DNA of 64,000 bases from Macrostomum lignano. Taxonomy: Eukaryota. The position numbers were made by a program, and so were the translations under genes. The notes below the pieces were generated by a model. That model did not search any database. It was given only the letters and a program-made list of their open reading frames with translations, and was not told the origin of the DNA. This document shows positions 13,096 to 26,868 of the stretch, one piece after another (positions within the stretch are counted from its first letter, which is position 1; every line of letters starts with the position of its first letter). The DNA lies in the NCBI GenBank assembly GCA_002269645.1, contig NIVC01002064.1, forward strand, positions 124,001-188,000. Reading direction: 5' to 3'.

Positions 13096-14268
13096 GAATT
13101 TTGAACTTTAGAATGTTTGATTGATGACAGACAATAAAAGTCGCACAACAAAGTAATCAATTGTGACGAGTCGCCCCGGGATTAACAAGTGAAGCTTACA
13201 GACTGGATAGCTAGTACTCGTATTTTTCTATAGAGATATAGCCGGCACAAAAAATGAAAGCGCGTCAAGTGAACACAAAAAAATTGATAATTGAAATGTT
13301 GACGAACAGTCACAAGTATTAAGCGTAAAGTTTAAAGTACAAATTAAAAAGTACAACTTATAAATGACAAATTATATAGAACAAAGTTAAAAGTACAATA
13401 TAAAGTACAATTATAAAGTATATTGATACAACGTATAATAGTACAAAGTATAAAGTGACGTAAGATCGCTTAATTTCTATCATCAAATTAGCGGAGGGAT
13501 TAATAATTTAGTTTAAAAAGGCACTCTATATTTTTGCCTTTTAAAATATAAACAATTAGTTCGCCGATATGTTGAGTAATTCATTTTACCAATCAGAAAT
13601 TTACATAGTATAGTGTTTTCCAAGAAATATAGACGCAAAGAGAAGAGATGGACAGCAAAATGAAAAGCATTCGAGTAATTTGCTCTGCACAAACGAAAAA
13701 AATAAGTACACAGTTTAAGCATTTGGTCGGATATAGATATAAGATCGAATGACGCAATATATATGTATTTAGCATAGGTATATGATTGTTTTTTGTTTGA
13801 ATAAGTTTTTCCAGTGAAATTAAAAGTCAACAAAAAAGTTTATATCTGTCTCAGTGCACAGTAAAAAGTGTTTAAAAAAGGATACTGTGCAATTAAGTTG
13901 AACTTACTCTCTACTGATACTACTCGCTGATTTAGAGTAGTATATAAAATCGAAAAATACTCATTCGTGACGAAATTCCAGTTCTCGCAAAATGTGGGTT
14001 TAAAAAGCGCTTAAAAATGTGACGCATGTACTTTATTTTGTTTTAGGTTTTTGCCTCTGACAATAGCTCTGGCTACCACTAGATGGGCCACCCCCATAGT
14101 GAAGGACGCTATTGTCGTTTGGGCAGCACTTTAGAGTTTTTTTTGGATAAATTTGCTATCCACAAGAAATTTATTGGTAGAGAGTTTGGAGGTTTTGTCT
14201 ATGGCCAATACCACCAACAGTTATGACGTGTAGGCCAAGGGAGATTAAATAGCTTTGGTCGTGCTATA

Positions 14269-14694
14269 CCTTTTTACGTTCTATTTGATAAAAACTGCAA
14301 CCAATTTGGCCACGGCTCAGCCTGACCATAGACATAGAATTTTCCATAGACAGCCACCGCCAGCGGCAACCAATCTGGTAAAAACTGCGAGCTATTTTGC
14401 CAGCTTGAAGATAGCAGCTGCTCTGATTGCGAATCGTGGGCCGTACCAAATGATAAGTCAGCTGGATCGAGAGCGAATCGTGAGAGCGTACAGGAGTGGC
14501 GACGACTGGGGAGAGCTTGGCAGCTTGGCATCACGCCTCTCAAGTGCCTGCGCTGGATCAACCATTCCCAGACCAGAGTTTTTACCAAATTGGTTGCCGC
14601 CAGCGGTGGCTGTCTATGGAAAATTGCTGCGGCCGCGTCAGGCTGAGCCGTGGCCAAATTGGTTGCAGTTTTTATCAAATAGAACGTAAAAAGG
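14269..14694 (+). mobile_element. Tc1/mariner-like internal-deletion derivative (MITE) with ~120-bp TIRs
   Basis: CCTTTTTACGTTCTATTTGATAAAAACTGCAACCAATTTGGCCACGGCTCAGCCTGAC... at 14269 is mirrored as a reverse complement ending at 14694; interior encodes MISQLDRERIVRAYRSGDDW, which resembles a transposase N-terminal HTH start; TA dinucleotides at or near both ends. Confidence 0.75.
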
Positions 14695-14782
14695 AATATT
14701 AGAAAACGGATATCCAAAGTTTGGAGCCTGCAATTTATGGCCACAACTTGCGAAGCAGAACCGAGCGGAAAAACGGCAGTCA

Positions 14783-15034
14783 CTAATCAGCTGCAGCCGC
14801 CAACTCGCGGCAGTCCTGCTCTGCCTGCGGGCTCGGCTGCTGCTGGACGCGGCACATCAATATTGGCGACTCGGCGCAGGCCACCCAGCGACTCGCTATG
14901 GAACAACTCGGCTGTTGCTGCTGCTTCTGGGACTGCTGCTTCTGCAGCTGCTTGCGCTCCGATTCTTGGTGTTGGGTCTGGTGCGGACACGAGGCTGTTG
15001 GTCGTCGGCTTGAGCTGGCTGGCAGAATGTACCG
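14783..15034 (-). CDS. Neuropeptide GPCR exon 5/5 (Q-rich C-tail, stop)
   Basis: Acceptor CCGCAG|CGG phase 0; 84 codons to TAG at 14783; in frame with exon 4. Confidence 0.7.
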   Translation of the reverse strand, partial: RYILPASSSRRPTASCPHQTQHQESERKQLQKQQSQKQQQQPSCSIASRWVACAESPILMCRVQQQPSPQAEQDCRELAAAAD

Positions 15035-15072
15035 CTGCGGTGCGCAGGTGGGGACCGGGAGGGACTTAGGGT

Positions 15073-15686
15073 GGATTGCTAATCTATCCAACTACCATGG
15101 TAGCTCACGGATTGCTAATCTATCCAACTAGCTCACGGATTGCTAATCTATCCAACTAGCTCACGGATTGCTAATCTATCCAACTAGCTCACGGATTGCT
15201 AATCTATCCAACTAGCTCACGGATTGCTAATCTATCCAACTAAGCTCACGGATTGCTAATCTATCCAACTAGCTCACGGATTGCTAATCTATCCAACTAG
15301 CTCACGGATTGCTAATCTATCCAACTAGCTCACGGATTGCTAATCTATCCAACTAAGCTCACGGATTGCTAATCTACCCAACTAGCTCACGGATTGCTAA
15401 TCTATCCAACTAGCTCACAGATTGCTTATCTATCCAACTAGCTCACGGATTGCTAATCTATGCAACTAGCTCACGGATTGCTAATCTATCCAACTAGCTC
15501 ACGGATTGCTAATCTATCCAACAAGCTCACGGATTGCTAATCTACCCAAAAAGCTAATGGATTGCTAATTTATCCAACGAGCTAATGGATTGCTAATCTA
15601 CCCAACAAGATAATAGATTGCTAATCTATCCAACAAGATAATAGATTGCTAATCTACTTCAAAAGCTAATGGATTGCTAATCTAGC
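15073..15686 (+). repeat. GGATTGCTAATCTA-core minisatellite, array 2 (28-bp unit)
   Basis: GGATTGCTAATCTATCCAACTAGCTCAC x ~21; fills most of GPCR intron 4. Confidence 0.96.
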
Positions 15687-15743
15687 CGACATGGATGCAG
15701 GAATATAATGAATATATAAAATAGTTATCAATCGCGCCCTCAC

Positions 15744-15999
15744 GCATCGCAGCGTATTAAAGAAGTTGTCCCTGTAGCTTTGGCTGAAGGCGCAATAAAT
15801 CCAGGGATTAACGCAGCAGTTGCTGATGCCGACCCACTGGATTAGCGGCAGGCTGCCCTCCAGCTTGAGCTCTCGGCTGACGTAGAACAGAATGCCGACG
15901 ATGTGCAGCGGCAGCCAGGAGATGGCGAAGATCAGCACGACGGTGGCCAGCATCTTCACCAGCCGGCTCATCTGCTTCTTGTCGTGCGCGTTCGATGAT
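15744..15999 (-). CDS. Neuropeptide GPCR exon 4/5 (TM6-TM7)
   Basis: KMLATVVLIFAISWLP and SNCCVNPWIY motifs; acceptor CTCCCAG|A phase 2, donor TGC|GTGAGG phase 0. Confidence 0.93.
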
Positions 16000-16044
16000 C
16001 TGGGAGGAGAGAGGGAGTTTTTCGATCAGATTCCCATGTGATCA

Positions 16045-16740
16045 GGGTCCTAATGGGATCAAGACTCCTAATTGGATCAAGAATCCTAATGGGATCAAGA
16101 ATCCCAATGGGATCAAGAATCGTAATCGAATCAAGAATCCTAATCGGATTAAGAATCCTAATGGGATCAAGAATCTTAATGGGATCAAGAATCCTAATGG
16201 GATCAAGAATCCTAATTGGATCAAGAATCCTAATTGGATCAAGAATCCTAATGGGATCAAGAATCCCAATGGGATCAAGAATCGTAATCGAATCAAGAAT
16301 CCTAATCGGATTAAGAATCCTAATGGGATCAAGAATCCTAATGGGATCAAGAATCCTAATGGGATCAAGAATCCTAATGGGATCAAGAATCCTAATGGGA
16401 TCAAGAATCCTAATGGGATCAAGAATCCTAATGGGATTAAGAATCCTAATGGGATCAAGAATCCTAATGGGATCAAGAATCCTAATGGGATTAAGAATCC
16501 TAATGGAATCAAGAATCCTAATGGGATCAAGAATCCTAATGGGATCAAGAATCCTAATGGGATCAAGAATCCTAATGGGATCAAGAATCCTAATAGGATC
16601 AAGAATCCTAATGGGATCAAGAATCCTAATGGGATCTATCCTAATGGGATCAAGAGTTCTAATCGGATCAAGAATCCTAATGGGATCAAGAATCCTAATG
16701 GGATCAAGAATCCTAATGGGATCAAGAATCCTAATTGGAT
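16045..16740 (+). repeat. 18-bp minisatellite (AAGAATCCTAATGGGATC)n
   Basis: About 38 copies, starting ~45 bp from the exon 4 acceptor. Confidence 0.97.
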
Positions 16741-17217
16741 AAAAAGTCCTACTAGGATGAAGTTAGACGTAAACAATAGGCGTAAACCTATTTTTTGCTC
16801 AAAAACGTTCACCGCTAACCGCTACTTTCAGTAGTCTATATAGCAATGAATCCTAGTCAGTTTATGCACCCAACGGATAATCTAGATTGGTCAAAGCACA
16901 TCTGCTCCGGCTGTTTTAGCCGGGAAATTTTGAAATGGCTGTTGTCCTTTCTTATTCTGTTCAAAGTTTTCGCTTCTGTCTGTGATGAATATTTTAAGGG
17001 CCGGCCCCAGTATTTTGCTGTGCGAAAGAAACTCAGGAAAACTGACACAAGATAGCCATCGATATGTTGGGCAGGAATGGGCCAGGGAATTCTGGAAATA
17101 TTCTGTTTAGTTATTCGCGAAAATAGAAAGTAAAAACTTGTAAGAGGTAATCTGTGGCTGAAGCATTTTTAGTGTGCCAATAACCTATCGACTAGAAGCA
17201 GAAGCTGGGTGACTTTG

Positions 17218-17775
17218 AGAGCGGAAGTGACTGCGCGAGTGACTGGGAAAGTGGGAGAGTCACTGTGTGAGAGACTGTGTGAGAGTGAATGCGAGAGTGA
17301 CTGCGAGAGTGACTGCGAGAGTGACCGTGTGAGAGTGACTGCGAGAGTGACTGCGAGAGTGACTGGGAAAGTGGGAGAGTCACTGTGTGAGTGACTGTGT
17401 GAGGGTGAATGCGAGAGTGACTGCGAGAGTGACTGGGAAAGTGGGAGAGTCACTGTGTGAGTGACTGTGTGAGGGTGAATGCGAGAGTGACTGCGAGAGT
17501 GACTGGGAAAGTGGGAGAGTCACTGTGTGAGTGACTGTGTGAGAGTGAATGCGAGAGTGACTGCGAGAGTGACTGCGAGAGTGACCGTGTGAGAGTGACT
17601 GCGAGAGTGACTGCGTGAGTGACTGGGAAAGTGGGAGAGTCACTGTGTGAGTGACTGTGTTAAAGTGATTGCGAGAGTGACTGCGAGAGTGACTGCGAGA
17701 GTAACTGCGAGAGTGACCGTGTGAGAGTGACTCCAAGAGTGACTGCGAGAGTGGCTCTGCGAGAGTGACAACTAG
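17218..17775 (+). repeat. 12-bp-based minisatellite (GAGAGTGACTGC)n with larger sub-blocks
   Basis: Recurrent GACTGGGAAAGTGGGAGAGTCACTGTGTG blocks. Confidence 0.92.
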
Positions 17776-18460
17776 AGAGTGAATCTGAGAAAGTTATGTA
17801 GACTCAGTAATACTGCGAGTCAGTTTTAAGAGCATCTGGGAAAATTTGCAAGAAGTGCATCAGATTATGTGCCCATTGGGAGAATTAAAATTCGTTATTA
17901 AAGAGAAATAAAATCGGTTCAACTTTCTCGAACAGATCAGCATAATTTCCAGAATTCCCCATAGGGAGGTTGAATTAGTTTTTCAAGTCATGAACACTCC
18001 ACAGAAATTTCCGGGTTGCAATGCTGAGACGTTATTCAATATTCAAATAATACCCATGCATTATCATAAAATCTTTCATCTAGCTATAGCTCTTGAAAAT
18101 GAGGGATTTTAATCCCAATCGGGAGATTCTGTTACTGATGGATCGGAGACCATAAAAGACGCTGATCTCTGCTGTGTGACCCGCTTTTGAGCTCCCGAAA
18201 CAAAAGAAGGGATGCCTCTAAAACTGAGGCTTTCAAATGATCAAATGACCTGCTGTTCATGGAAACTGCTTATAAACATCAGCTGTTTTGAATTTCCAGG
18301 CATTTATTAAACTCTGGGTTTTTGTTTTAATTTCTCCAGTTTACTTGTAGGAGGGCACAGCGGCGTCTCTGCCTTGGGGGTTCGCCCTCGGACTTGTGAA
18401 GTCCAGATTGTAAAAAATTGTCAATCAAAACAAAACTAATAACTAGCGAAACTGGCTCAC

Positions 18461-18781
18461 TTTCTAAGAAAATCCGCCTGCCTGTTAGACCGGCGGCTCA
18501 GCTTGTAGGCCACCGTTGCGTAGCAACCAGCGATAAACAGCAGGGGGCCGGCGTACAGCAGAAAGAAGATCACTATGATGTGGTAGATTTTCATCTGCAC
18601 CATGTCCATGGTGTTGATGCACACCAAGTAAGTTCGGTTATTATTCGGCACTGTTTGCAGATCGTGGTAGATCAGCCAGGGCGACAGAGCCAGCAGGACG
18701 TACATCCAGATGCCGCAGATGATGCACATTGTCTTCTTCTTGGAGAAGTGACGCTTCAGAGGTCGGCAGATGGCCAAGTAG
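18461..18781 (-). CDS. Neuropeptide GPCR exon 3/5 (end of DRY, TM4-TM5)
   Basis: CG|C completes DRYLAICRPL; IW..LSPW, ECL2 Cys, YAGPL..CY; donor AA|GTGAGC phase 2. Confidence 0.93.
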
Positions 18782-18887
18782 CTGTCAGATTCGTTATATA
18801 GGTTGGGGCAATGAGAAACTCACCTCGTCCTTAGTGTGAAAAACTGATAATCTACAGTCAGCCAACAGTTGACTAAAAAAGGACGTT

Positions 18888-19407
18888 CGACCATAGACAC
18901 TAAAGCGACAGACACAGATCATACTGAATCTACCATAGACATGGATTACCCACTCGACCATAGACACTAAAGCGACAGACACAGATCATACTGAATCTAC
19001 CATAGACATGGATTGCCCACTCGACCATAGACACTAAAGCGACAGACACAGATCATACTGAATCTACCATAGACATGGATTACCCACTCGACCATAGACA
19101 CTAAAGAGACAGACACAGATCATACTGAATCTACCATAGACATGGATTACCCACTCGACCATAGACACTAAAGCGACAGACACAGATCATACTGAATCTA
19201 CCATAGACATGGATTACCCACTCGACCATAGACACTAAAGAGACAGACACAGATCATACTGAATCTACCATAGACATGGATTACCCACTCGACCATAGAC
19301 ACTAAAGAGACAGACACAGATCATACTGAATCTACCATAGACATGGATTACCCACTCGACCATAGACACTAAAGCGACAGACACAGATCATACTGAATCT
19401 ACCATAG
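18888..19407 (+). repeat. 67-bp tandem repeat, ~7.7 copies
   Basis: CCATAGACAC recurs at 18891 and 18958; lies in GPCR intron 2. Confidence 0.96.
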
Positions 19408-19475
19408 GCTTTGTTGTCTATGCTCGAGTCAGCAGTTCTGCTTGTGAGAAAAGAACAGGCATGGAAGAATCGTAC

Positions 19476-19575
19476 CGATCGAATGCGATCACGCTGAATG
19501 TTGTGACGGAGGCGGCCACCGCCACACCCTGCAGGTAGGGAATCGCTTTGCACAGGGCTCTGCCGGCTACCCAGT
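19476..19575 (-). CDS. Neuropeptide GPCR exon 2/5 (ECL1-TM3)
   Basis: NWVAGRALCKAIPYLQGVAVAASVTTFSVIAFDR; acceptor CCGCAG|AC phase 1, donor CG|GTACGA phase 2. Confidence 0.93.
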
Positions 19576-19627
19576 CTGCGGGGAGGGAGGTGCGGTGCGG
19601 TGTTGGCTGATGATTCACTGGTTTTGG

Positions 19628-20516
19628 GATCGGGAATCTGTAATGATTAGTCGGGAATCTGTAATGATTAGTTGGAAATCTGTAGTCGGGAATCTGTAAT
19701 GATTAGTCGGGAATCTGTAGTCGGGAATCTGTAGTCGGGAATCTGTAGTCGGGAATCTGTAGTCAGGAATCTGTAATGAGGAATCGGGAATCTGTAATGA
19801 AGAATCGGGAATCTGTAATGAGGAATCGGGAATCTGTAATGAAGAATCGGGAATCTGTAATGAGGAATCGGGAATCTGTAATGAAGAATCGGGAATCTGT
19901 AATGAAGAATCGGGAATCTGTAATGAGGAATCGGGAATCTGTAATGATTAGTTGGAAATCTGTAGTCGGGAATCGGGAATCTGTAATGAGGAATCGGGAA
20001 TCTGTAATGAAGAATCGGGAATCTGTAATGAAGAATCGGGAATCTGTAATGAAGAATCGGGAATCTGTAATGAGGAATCGGGAATCTGTAATGAAGAATC
20101 GGGAATCTGTAATGAGGAATCGGGAATCTGTAATGATTAGTTGGAAATCTGTAGTCGGGAATCGGGAATCTGTAATGAGGAATCGGGAATCTGTAATGAA
20201 GAATCGGGAATCTGTAATGAAGAATCGGGAATCTGTAATGAAGAATCGGGAATCTGTAATGAAGAATCGGGAATCTGTAATGAAGAATCGGGAATCTGTA
20301 ATGATTAGTTGGAAATCTGTAGTCGGGAATCGGGAATCTGTAATGAGGAATCGGGAATCTGTAATGAAGAATCGGGAATCTGTAATGAGGAATCGGGAAT
20401 CTGTAATGAGAAATCGGGAATCTGTAATGAAGAATCGGGAATCTGTAATGAGGAATCGGAAATCTGTAATGAGGAATCGGGAATCTGTAATGAGGAATCG
20501 GGAATCTGTAATGAGG
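19628..20516 (+). repeat. 21-bp minisatellite (GAATCGGGAATCTGTAATGA(A/G))n
   Basis: About 40 copies with a periodically recurring TTAGTTGGAAATCTGTAGTCGG variant block. Confidence 0.97.
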
Positions 20517-21467
20517 AGTCTGTATTCTTCGATGAAATTCATGTTAGTCTGTCTTGTAGAGGAGTTTAAGTGTGTAAAACTTAATTCTTTACTTAACTAG
20601 GCATTGTGATAAATTTCAATAAAAAACACCCACCCCAATGTCTTTGTTAACTTTTTTGCTCAAGAAAAGTTCGTCTGTCAGTCACTTGTTGGAATTTTCG
20701 AGGAGAAATACTTGAGTGGATATTTGGGAGTTCAACTCCGGGATCTACCCGGAAATCGATGGCCGCTTTTTCTGCTGCCTGGCGACACTCCCTGAGCTCA
20801 AGTCTCTCCTTACTCACAAGCCAAGGCTTTTTTAAGCTCTTGGGGATTTCTCTCCCAGGCTCAGGCAACCAACGGATTCGACTTTGATCGGCCTCCCCTG
20901 TCTCCCCTATTCCCCTCTGGAAGAATTGATGATCCCCTCAACTGGGATCCCAGATTTGCGCCGCCGCTGCTGGGGGCGCACAGACAGGCAATTAATCAGC
21001 CGGCGCCTGGCGACCTCCGAAACTGACCGCTCATGGAGAATGGAAGCTGCTGCTGCGGACTGCTGAACAGGGGGGGGGGCTTGAAGAAGGAGTGGGAGAG
21101 AGGGGATACTTAAGGGAGACTACCCGCCCTGTCGCGAATTTTACTTTCCCCAGTGATGAGCGTGTAGGGAAGTGACGGGATTTCTGGGAGAACGGGTCTC
21201 TGGGGGGGGGCAGAAGCAAAGGGAAATGGCGAGGTTGTTTGATCCCGCGAGCTGTGTTTTATGGCTGTAGCAAATTTTGAAGCTGGCAGATTTAAAAAAA
21301 TCCGCAAAAATATTAACTCGTTAAAAATTTTCCAACGTTGAGCAGGCGGATATCTGCAGATGGAGTTCATCGTCAAGTAAGGAAATATTTTCTGAGGACA
21401 GCTGGACTCGAAAGCACAGAGTCTTGGGTGGGGAGGGCTCTTGAGAGTGGCCGGATTTTGGAAAAGG

Positions 21468-22455
21468 GCAAGTCTCAGGATAGAAGGGGGCAAGTCTCAG
21501 GTTAGAGGGGGCAAGTCTCAGGATAGAAGGGGCAAGTCTCAGGATAGAAGGGGCAAGTCTCAGGATAGAAGGGGACAAGTCTCAGGATAGAAGGGGACAA
21601 GTCTCAGTATAGAAGGGGCAAGTCTCAGGATAGAAGGGGACAAGTCTCAGGATAGAAGGGGACAAGTCTCAGTATAGAAGGGGCAAGTCTCAGTATAGAA
21701 GGGGACAAGTCTCAGTATAGAAGGGGACAAGTCTCAGTATAGAAGGGGCAAGTCTCAGGATAGAAGGGGCAAGTCTCAGTATAGAAGGGGACAAGTCTCA
21801 GTATAGAAGGGGACAAGTCTCAGTATAGAAGGGGCAAGTCTCAGGATAGAAGGGGCAAGTCTCAGTATAGAAGGGACAAGTCTCAGGATAGAAGGGGACA
21901 AGTCTCAGTATAGAAGGGACAAGTCTCAGGATAGAAGGGGACAAGTCTCAGTATAGAAGGGACAAGTCTCAGGATAGAAGGGGACAAGTCTCAGTATAGA
22001 AGGGGCAAGTCTCAGTATAGAAGGGGACAAGTCTCAGGATAGAAGGGGACAAGTCTCAGTATAGAAGGGGCAAGTCTCAGGATAGAAGGGGCAAGTCTCA
22101 GTATAGAAGGGGACAAGTCTCAGTATAGAAGGGGACAAGTCTCAGTATAGAAGGGGCAAGTCTCAGGATAGAAGGGGCAAGTCTCAGTATAGAAGGGACA
22201 AGTCTCAGGATAGAAGGGGACAAGTCTCAGTATAGAAGGGACAAGTCTCAGGATAGAAGGGGACAAGTCTCAGTATAGAAGGGACAAGTCTCAGGATAGA
22301 AGGGGCAAGTCTCAGGATAGAGGGGGAAAAGTCTCAGGATAGAGGGGGACAAGTCTCAGTATAGAAGGGGCAAGTCTCAGGATAGAGGGGGACAAGTCTC
22401 AGGAGAGAGGGGGAAAAGTCTCAGGAGAGAGGGGGAAAAGTCTCAGGAGAGAGGG
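21468..22455 (+). repeat. 21/22-bp minisatellite (CAAGTCTCAG(G/T)ATAGAAGGGG(A))n
   Basis: About 45 copies. Confidence 0.97.
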
Positions 22456-23042
22456 GGTTTGAAGTTTTAAGTGGCTCTTAGTATGTAGTTACGCAGCTCA
22501 TAAATAATGAGAGGGCATGATAAGTGAAAAGATCATGAATAGATTTAAATGCAATTGTTAAACATGCTGCGATAATTAGAGCCGCTAAAATAAAGAATGG
22601 ATATGTAATTAGCCAAACATAGAATTTGCAGGTGCAATTAAAGCCTGCTAAATAAGAAAGCAATGTTAGGTTTTTGTTTTGATGAAACTCTCCACTTTAA
22701 TCAGCTTTTTAGCAAACAGATTAGAGGCTCCCTTGATGCAGAGAAGGGCAGTTGGGGACCCAAATTAAGGCTGCGTTTTAAAACACCTGGCCGTCGAGTC
22801 ATTTGGGGTGGAGAAAAAAAGAATAATTATCGAGTGAGTTTAGTAAATGCTGTTTGCAATCATTCCCCACGCATTTGGGAAATATACAGTGAGACTGCGA
22901 TGCAGAGTTTTTGGGATGCTGCATTTCTGCTAAGAAATATGCTCTGTAGAAAAGCTGCTCGACAGATAAGGAATAAAAAATACAAGTGCATCTGGGGCAA
23001 GCAAGACTTGCAGGCAAAAAAGTAGACAAGAAGACTCACATT

Positions 23043-26000
23043 AAGACACTAGGACACTAGGACACTAGGACACTAGGACACTAGGACACTAGGACACTAG
23101 GACACTAGGACACTAGGACACTAGGACACTAGTATACTAGGACACTAGGACACTAGGACACTAGGACACTAGGACACTAGGACACTAGGACATTAGGACA
23201 CTAGGACACTAGGACACTAGTATACTAGGACACTAGGACACTAGGACACTAGGACACTAGGACACTAGGACACTAGGACACTAGGACACTAGGACACTAG
23301 GACACTAGGACACTAGGACACTAGGACACTAGGACACTAGGACACTAGGACACTAGGACACTAGGACACTAGGACACTAGGACACTAGGACACTAGGACA
23401 CTAGGACACTAGGACACTAGGACACTAGGACACTAGGACACTAGGACACTAGGACACTAGGACACTAGTATACTAGGACACTAGGACAATAGGACACTAG
23501 GACACTAGAACACTAGGACACTAGGACACTAGGACACTAGGACACTAGGACATTAGGACACTAGGACACTAGGACACTAAGACAATAAGACACTAAGACA
23601 ATAAGACACTAGGACATTAGGACACTAGGACACTAGGACACTAAGACAATAAGACACTAAGACAATAAGACACTAGAACATTAGGACACTAGGAAACTAG
23701 GACACTAGGACACTAGGACACTAGGACACTAGGACACTAGGACACTAGGACACTAGGACACTAGTATACTAGGACACTAGGACACTAGGACACTAGGACA
23801 CTAGGACACTAGGACACTAGGACATTAGGACACTAGGACACTAGGACACTAGTATACTAGGACACTAGGACACTAGGACACTAGGACACTAGAACACTAG
23901 GACACTAGGACACTAGGACACTAGGACACTAGGACACTAGGACACTAGGACACTAGGACACTAGGACACTAGGACACTAGGACACTAGGACACTAGGACA
24001 CTAGGACACTAGGACACTAGGACACTAGGACACTAGGACACTAGGACACTAGGACACTAGGACACTAGGACACTAGGACACTAGGACACTAGGACACTAG
24101 GACACTAGGACACTAGGACACTAGTATACTAGGACACTAGGACAATAGGACACTAGGACACTAGAACACTAGGACACTAGGACACTAGGACACTAGGACA
24201 CTAGGACATTAGGACACTAGGACACTAGGACACTAAGACAATAAGACACTAAGACAATAAGACACTAGGACATTAGGACACTAGGACACTAGGACACTAA
24301 GACAATAAGACACTAAGACAATAAGACACTAGAACATTAGGACACTAGGAAACTAGGACACTAGGACACTAGGACACTAGGACACTAGGACACTAGGACA
24401 CTAGGACACTAGGACACTAGTATACTAGGACACTAGGACACTAGGACACTAGGACACTAGGACACTAGGACACTAGGACATTAGGACACTAGGACACTAG
24501 GACACTAGTATACTAGGACACTAGGACACTAGGACACTAGGACACTAGAACACTAGGACACTAGGACACTAGGACACTAGGACACTAGGACACTAGGACA
24601 CTAGGACACTAGGACACTAGGACACTAGGACACTAGGACACTAGGACACTAGGACACTAGGACACTAGGACACTAGGACACTAGGACACTAGTATACTAG
24701 GACACTAGGACAATAGGACACTAGGACACTAGAACACTAGGACACTAGGACACTAGGACACTAGGACACTAGGACATTAGGACACTAGGACACTAGGACA
24801 CTAAGACAATAAGACACTAAGACAATAAGACACTAGGACATTAGGACACTAGGACACTAGGACACTAAGACAATAAGACACTAAGACAATAAGACACTAG
24901 AACATTAGGACACTAGGAAACTAGGACACTAAGACAATAAGACACTAAGACAATAAGACACTAGGACATTAGAAACTAGGACACTAGGACACTAGGAAAC
25001 TAGGACACTAAGACAATAAGACACTAAGACAATAAGACACTAAGACAATAAGACACTAAGACAATAAGACACTAAGACAATAAGACACTTAGACAATAAG
25101 ACAATAAGACACTAAGACAATAAGACACTAAGACAATAAGACACTAAGACAATAAGACACTAAGACAATAAGACACTAAGACAATAAGACACTAAGACAA
25201 TAAGACACTAAGACAATAAGACACTAAGACAATAAGACACTAAGACAATAAGACACTAAGACAATAAGACACTAAGACAATAAGACACTAGGACACTAGG
25301 ACACTAGGACACTAGGACACTAGGACACTAGGACACTAGGACACTAGGACACTAGGACACTAGGACACTAGGACACTAGGACACTAGGACACTAGGACAC
25401 TAGGACACTAGGACACTAGGACACTAGGACACTAGGACACTAGGACACTAGGACACTAGTATACTAGGACACTAGGACAATAGGACACTAGGACACTAGA
25501 ACACTAGGACACTAGGACACTAGGACACTAGGACACTAGGACATTAGGACACTAGGACACTAGGACACTAAGACAATAAGACACTAAGACAATAAGACAC
25601 TAGGACATTAGGACACTAGGACACTAGGACACTAAGACAATAAGACACTAAGACAATAAGACACTAGAACATTAGGACACTAGGAAACTAGGACACTAAG
25701 ACAATAAGACACTAAGACAATAAGACACTAGGACATTAGAAACTAGGACACTAGGACACTAGGAAACTAGGACACTAAGACAATAAGACACTAAGACAAT
25801 AAGACACTAAGACAATAAGACACTAAGACAATAAGACACTAAGACAATAAGACACTTAGACAATAAGACAATAAGACACTAAGACAATAAGACACTAAGA
25901 CAATAAGACACTAAGACAATAAGACACTAAGACAATAAGACACTAAGACAATAAGACACTAAGACAATAAGACACTAAGACAATAAGACACTAAGACAAT

Positions 26001-26868
26001 AAGACACTAAGACAATAAGACACTAAGACAATAAGACACTAAGACAATAAGACACTAAGACAATAAGACACTAAGACAATAAGACACTAAGACAATAAGA
26101 CACTAAGACAATAAGACACTAAGACAATAAGACACTAAGACAATAAGACACTAAGACAATAAGACACTAAGACAATAAGACACTAAGACAATAAGACACT
26201 AAGACAATAAGACACTAAGACAATAAGACACTAAGACAATAAGACACTAGGACATTAGAAACTAGGACACTAGGACACTAGGAAACTAGGACACTAAGAC
26301 AATAAGACACTAAGACAATAAGACACTAAGACAATAAGACACTAAGACAATAAGACACTAAGACAATAAGACACTAAGACAATAAGACACTAAGACAATA
26401 AGACACTAAGACAATAAGACACTAAGACAATAAGACACTAAGACAATAAGACACTAAGACAATAAGACACTAAGACAATAAGACACTAAGACAATAAGAC
26501 ACTAGGACACTAGGACACTAGGACACTAGGACACTAGGACACTAGGACACTAGGACACTAGGACACTAGGACACTAGGACACTAGGACACTAGGACACTA
26601 GGACACTAGGACACTAGGACACTAGGACACTAGGACACTAGGACACTAGGACACTAGGACATTAGGAGACTAGGACACTAAGACAATAAGACACTAAGAC
26701 AATAAGACACTAAGACAATAATACACTAAGACAATAAGACACTAAGACAATAAGACACTAAGACAATAAGACACTAAGACAATAAGACACTAAGACAATA
26801 AGACACTAAGACAATAAGACACTAAGACAATAAGACACTAGGACATTAGAAACTAGGACACTAGGACA
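23043..26868 (+). repeat. 3.8-kb 8-bp satellite (GACACTAG)n / (GACACTAAGACAATAA)n with higher-order blocks
   Basis: Largest array in the window; variant string TATACTAG-GACACTAG-GACAATAG recurs at 23469, 24125, 24693 and 25460. Confidence 0.98.

Noticed and set aside
20600-21460. GC-rich island with short ORFs between two arrays
   Set aside because: No recognisable domain, splice pattern or matching copy in the window.
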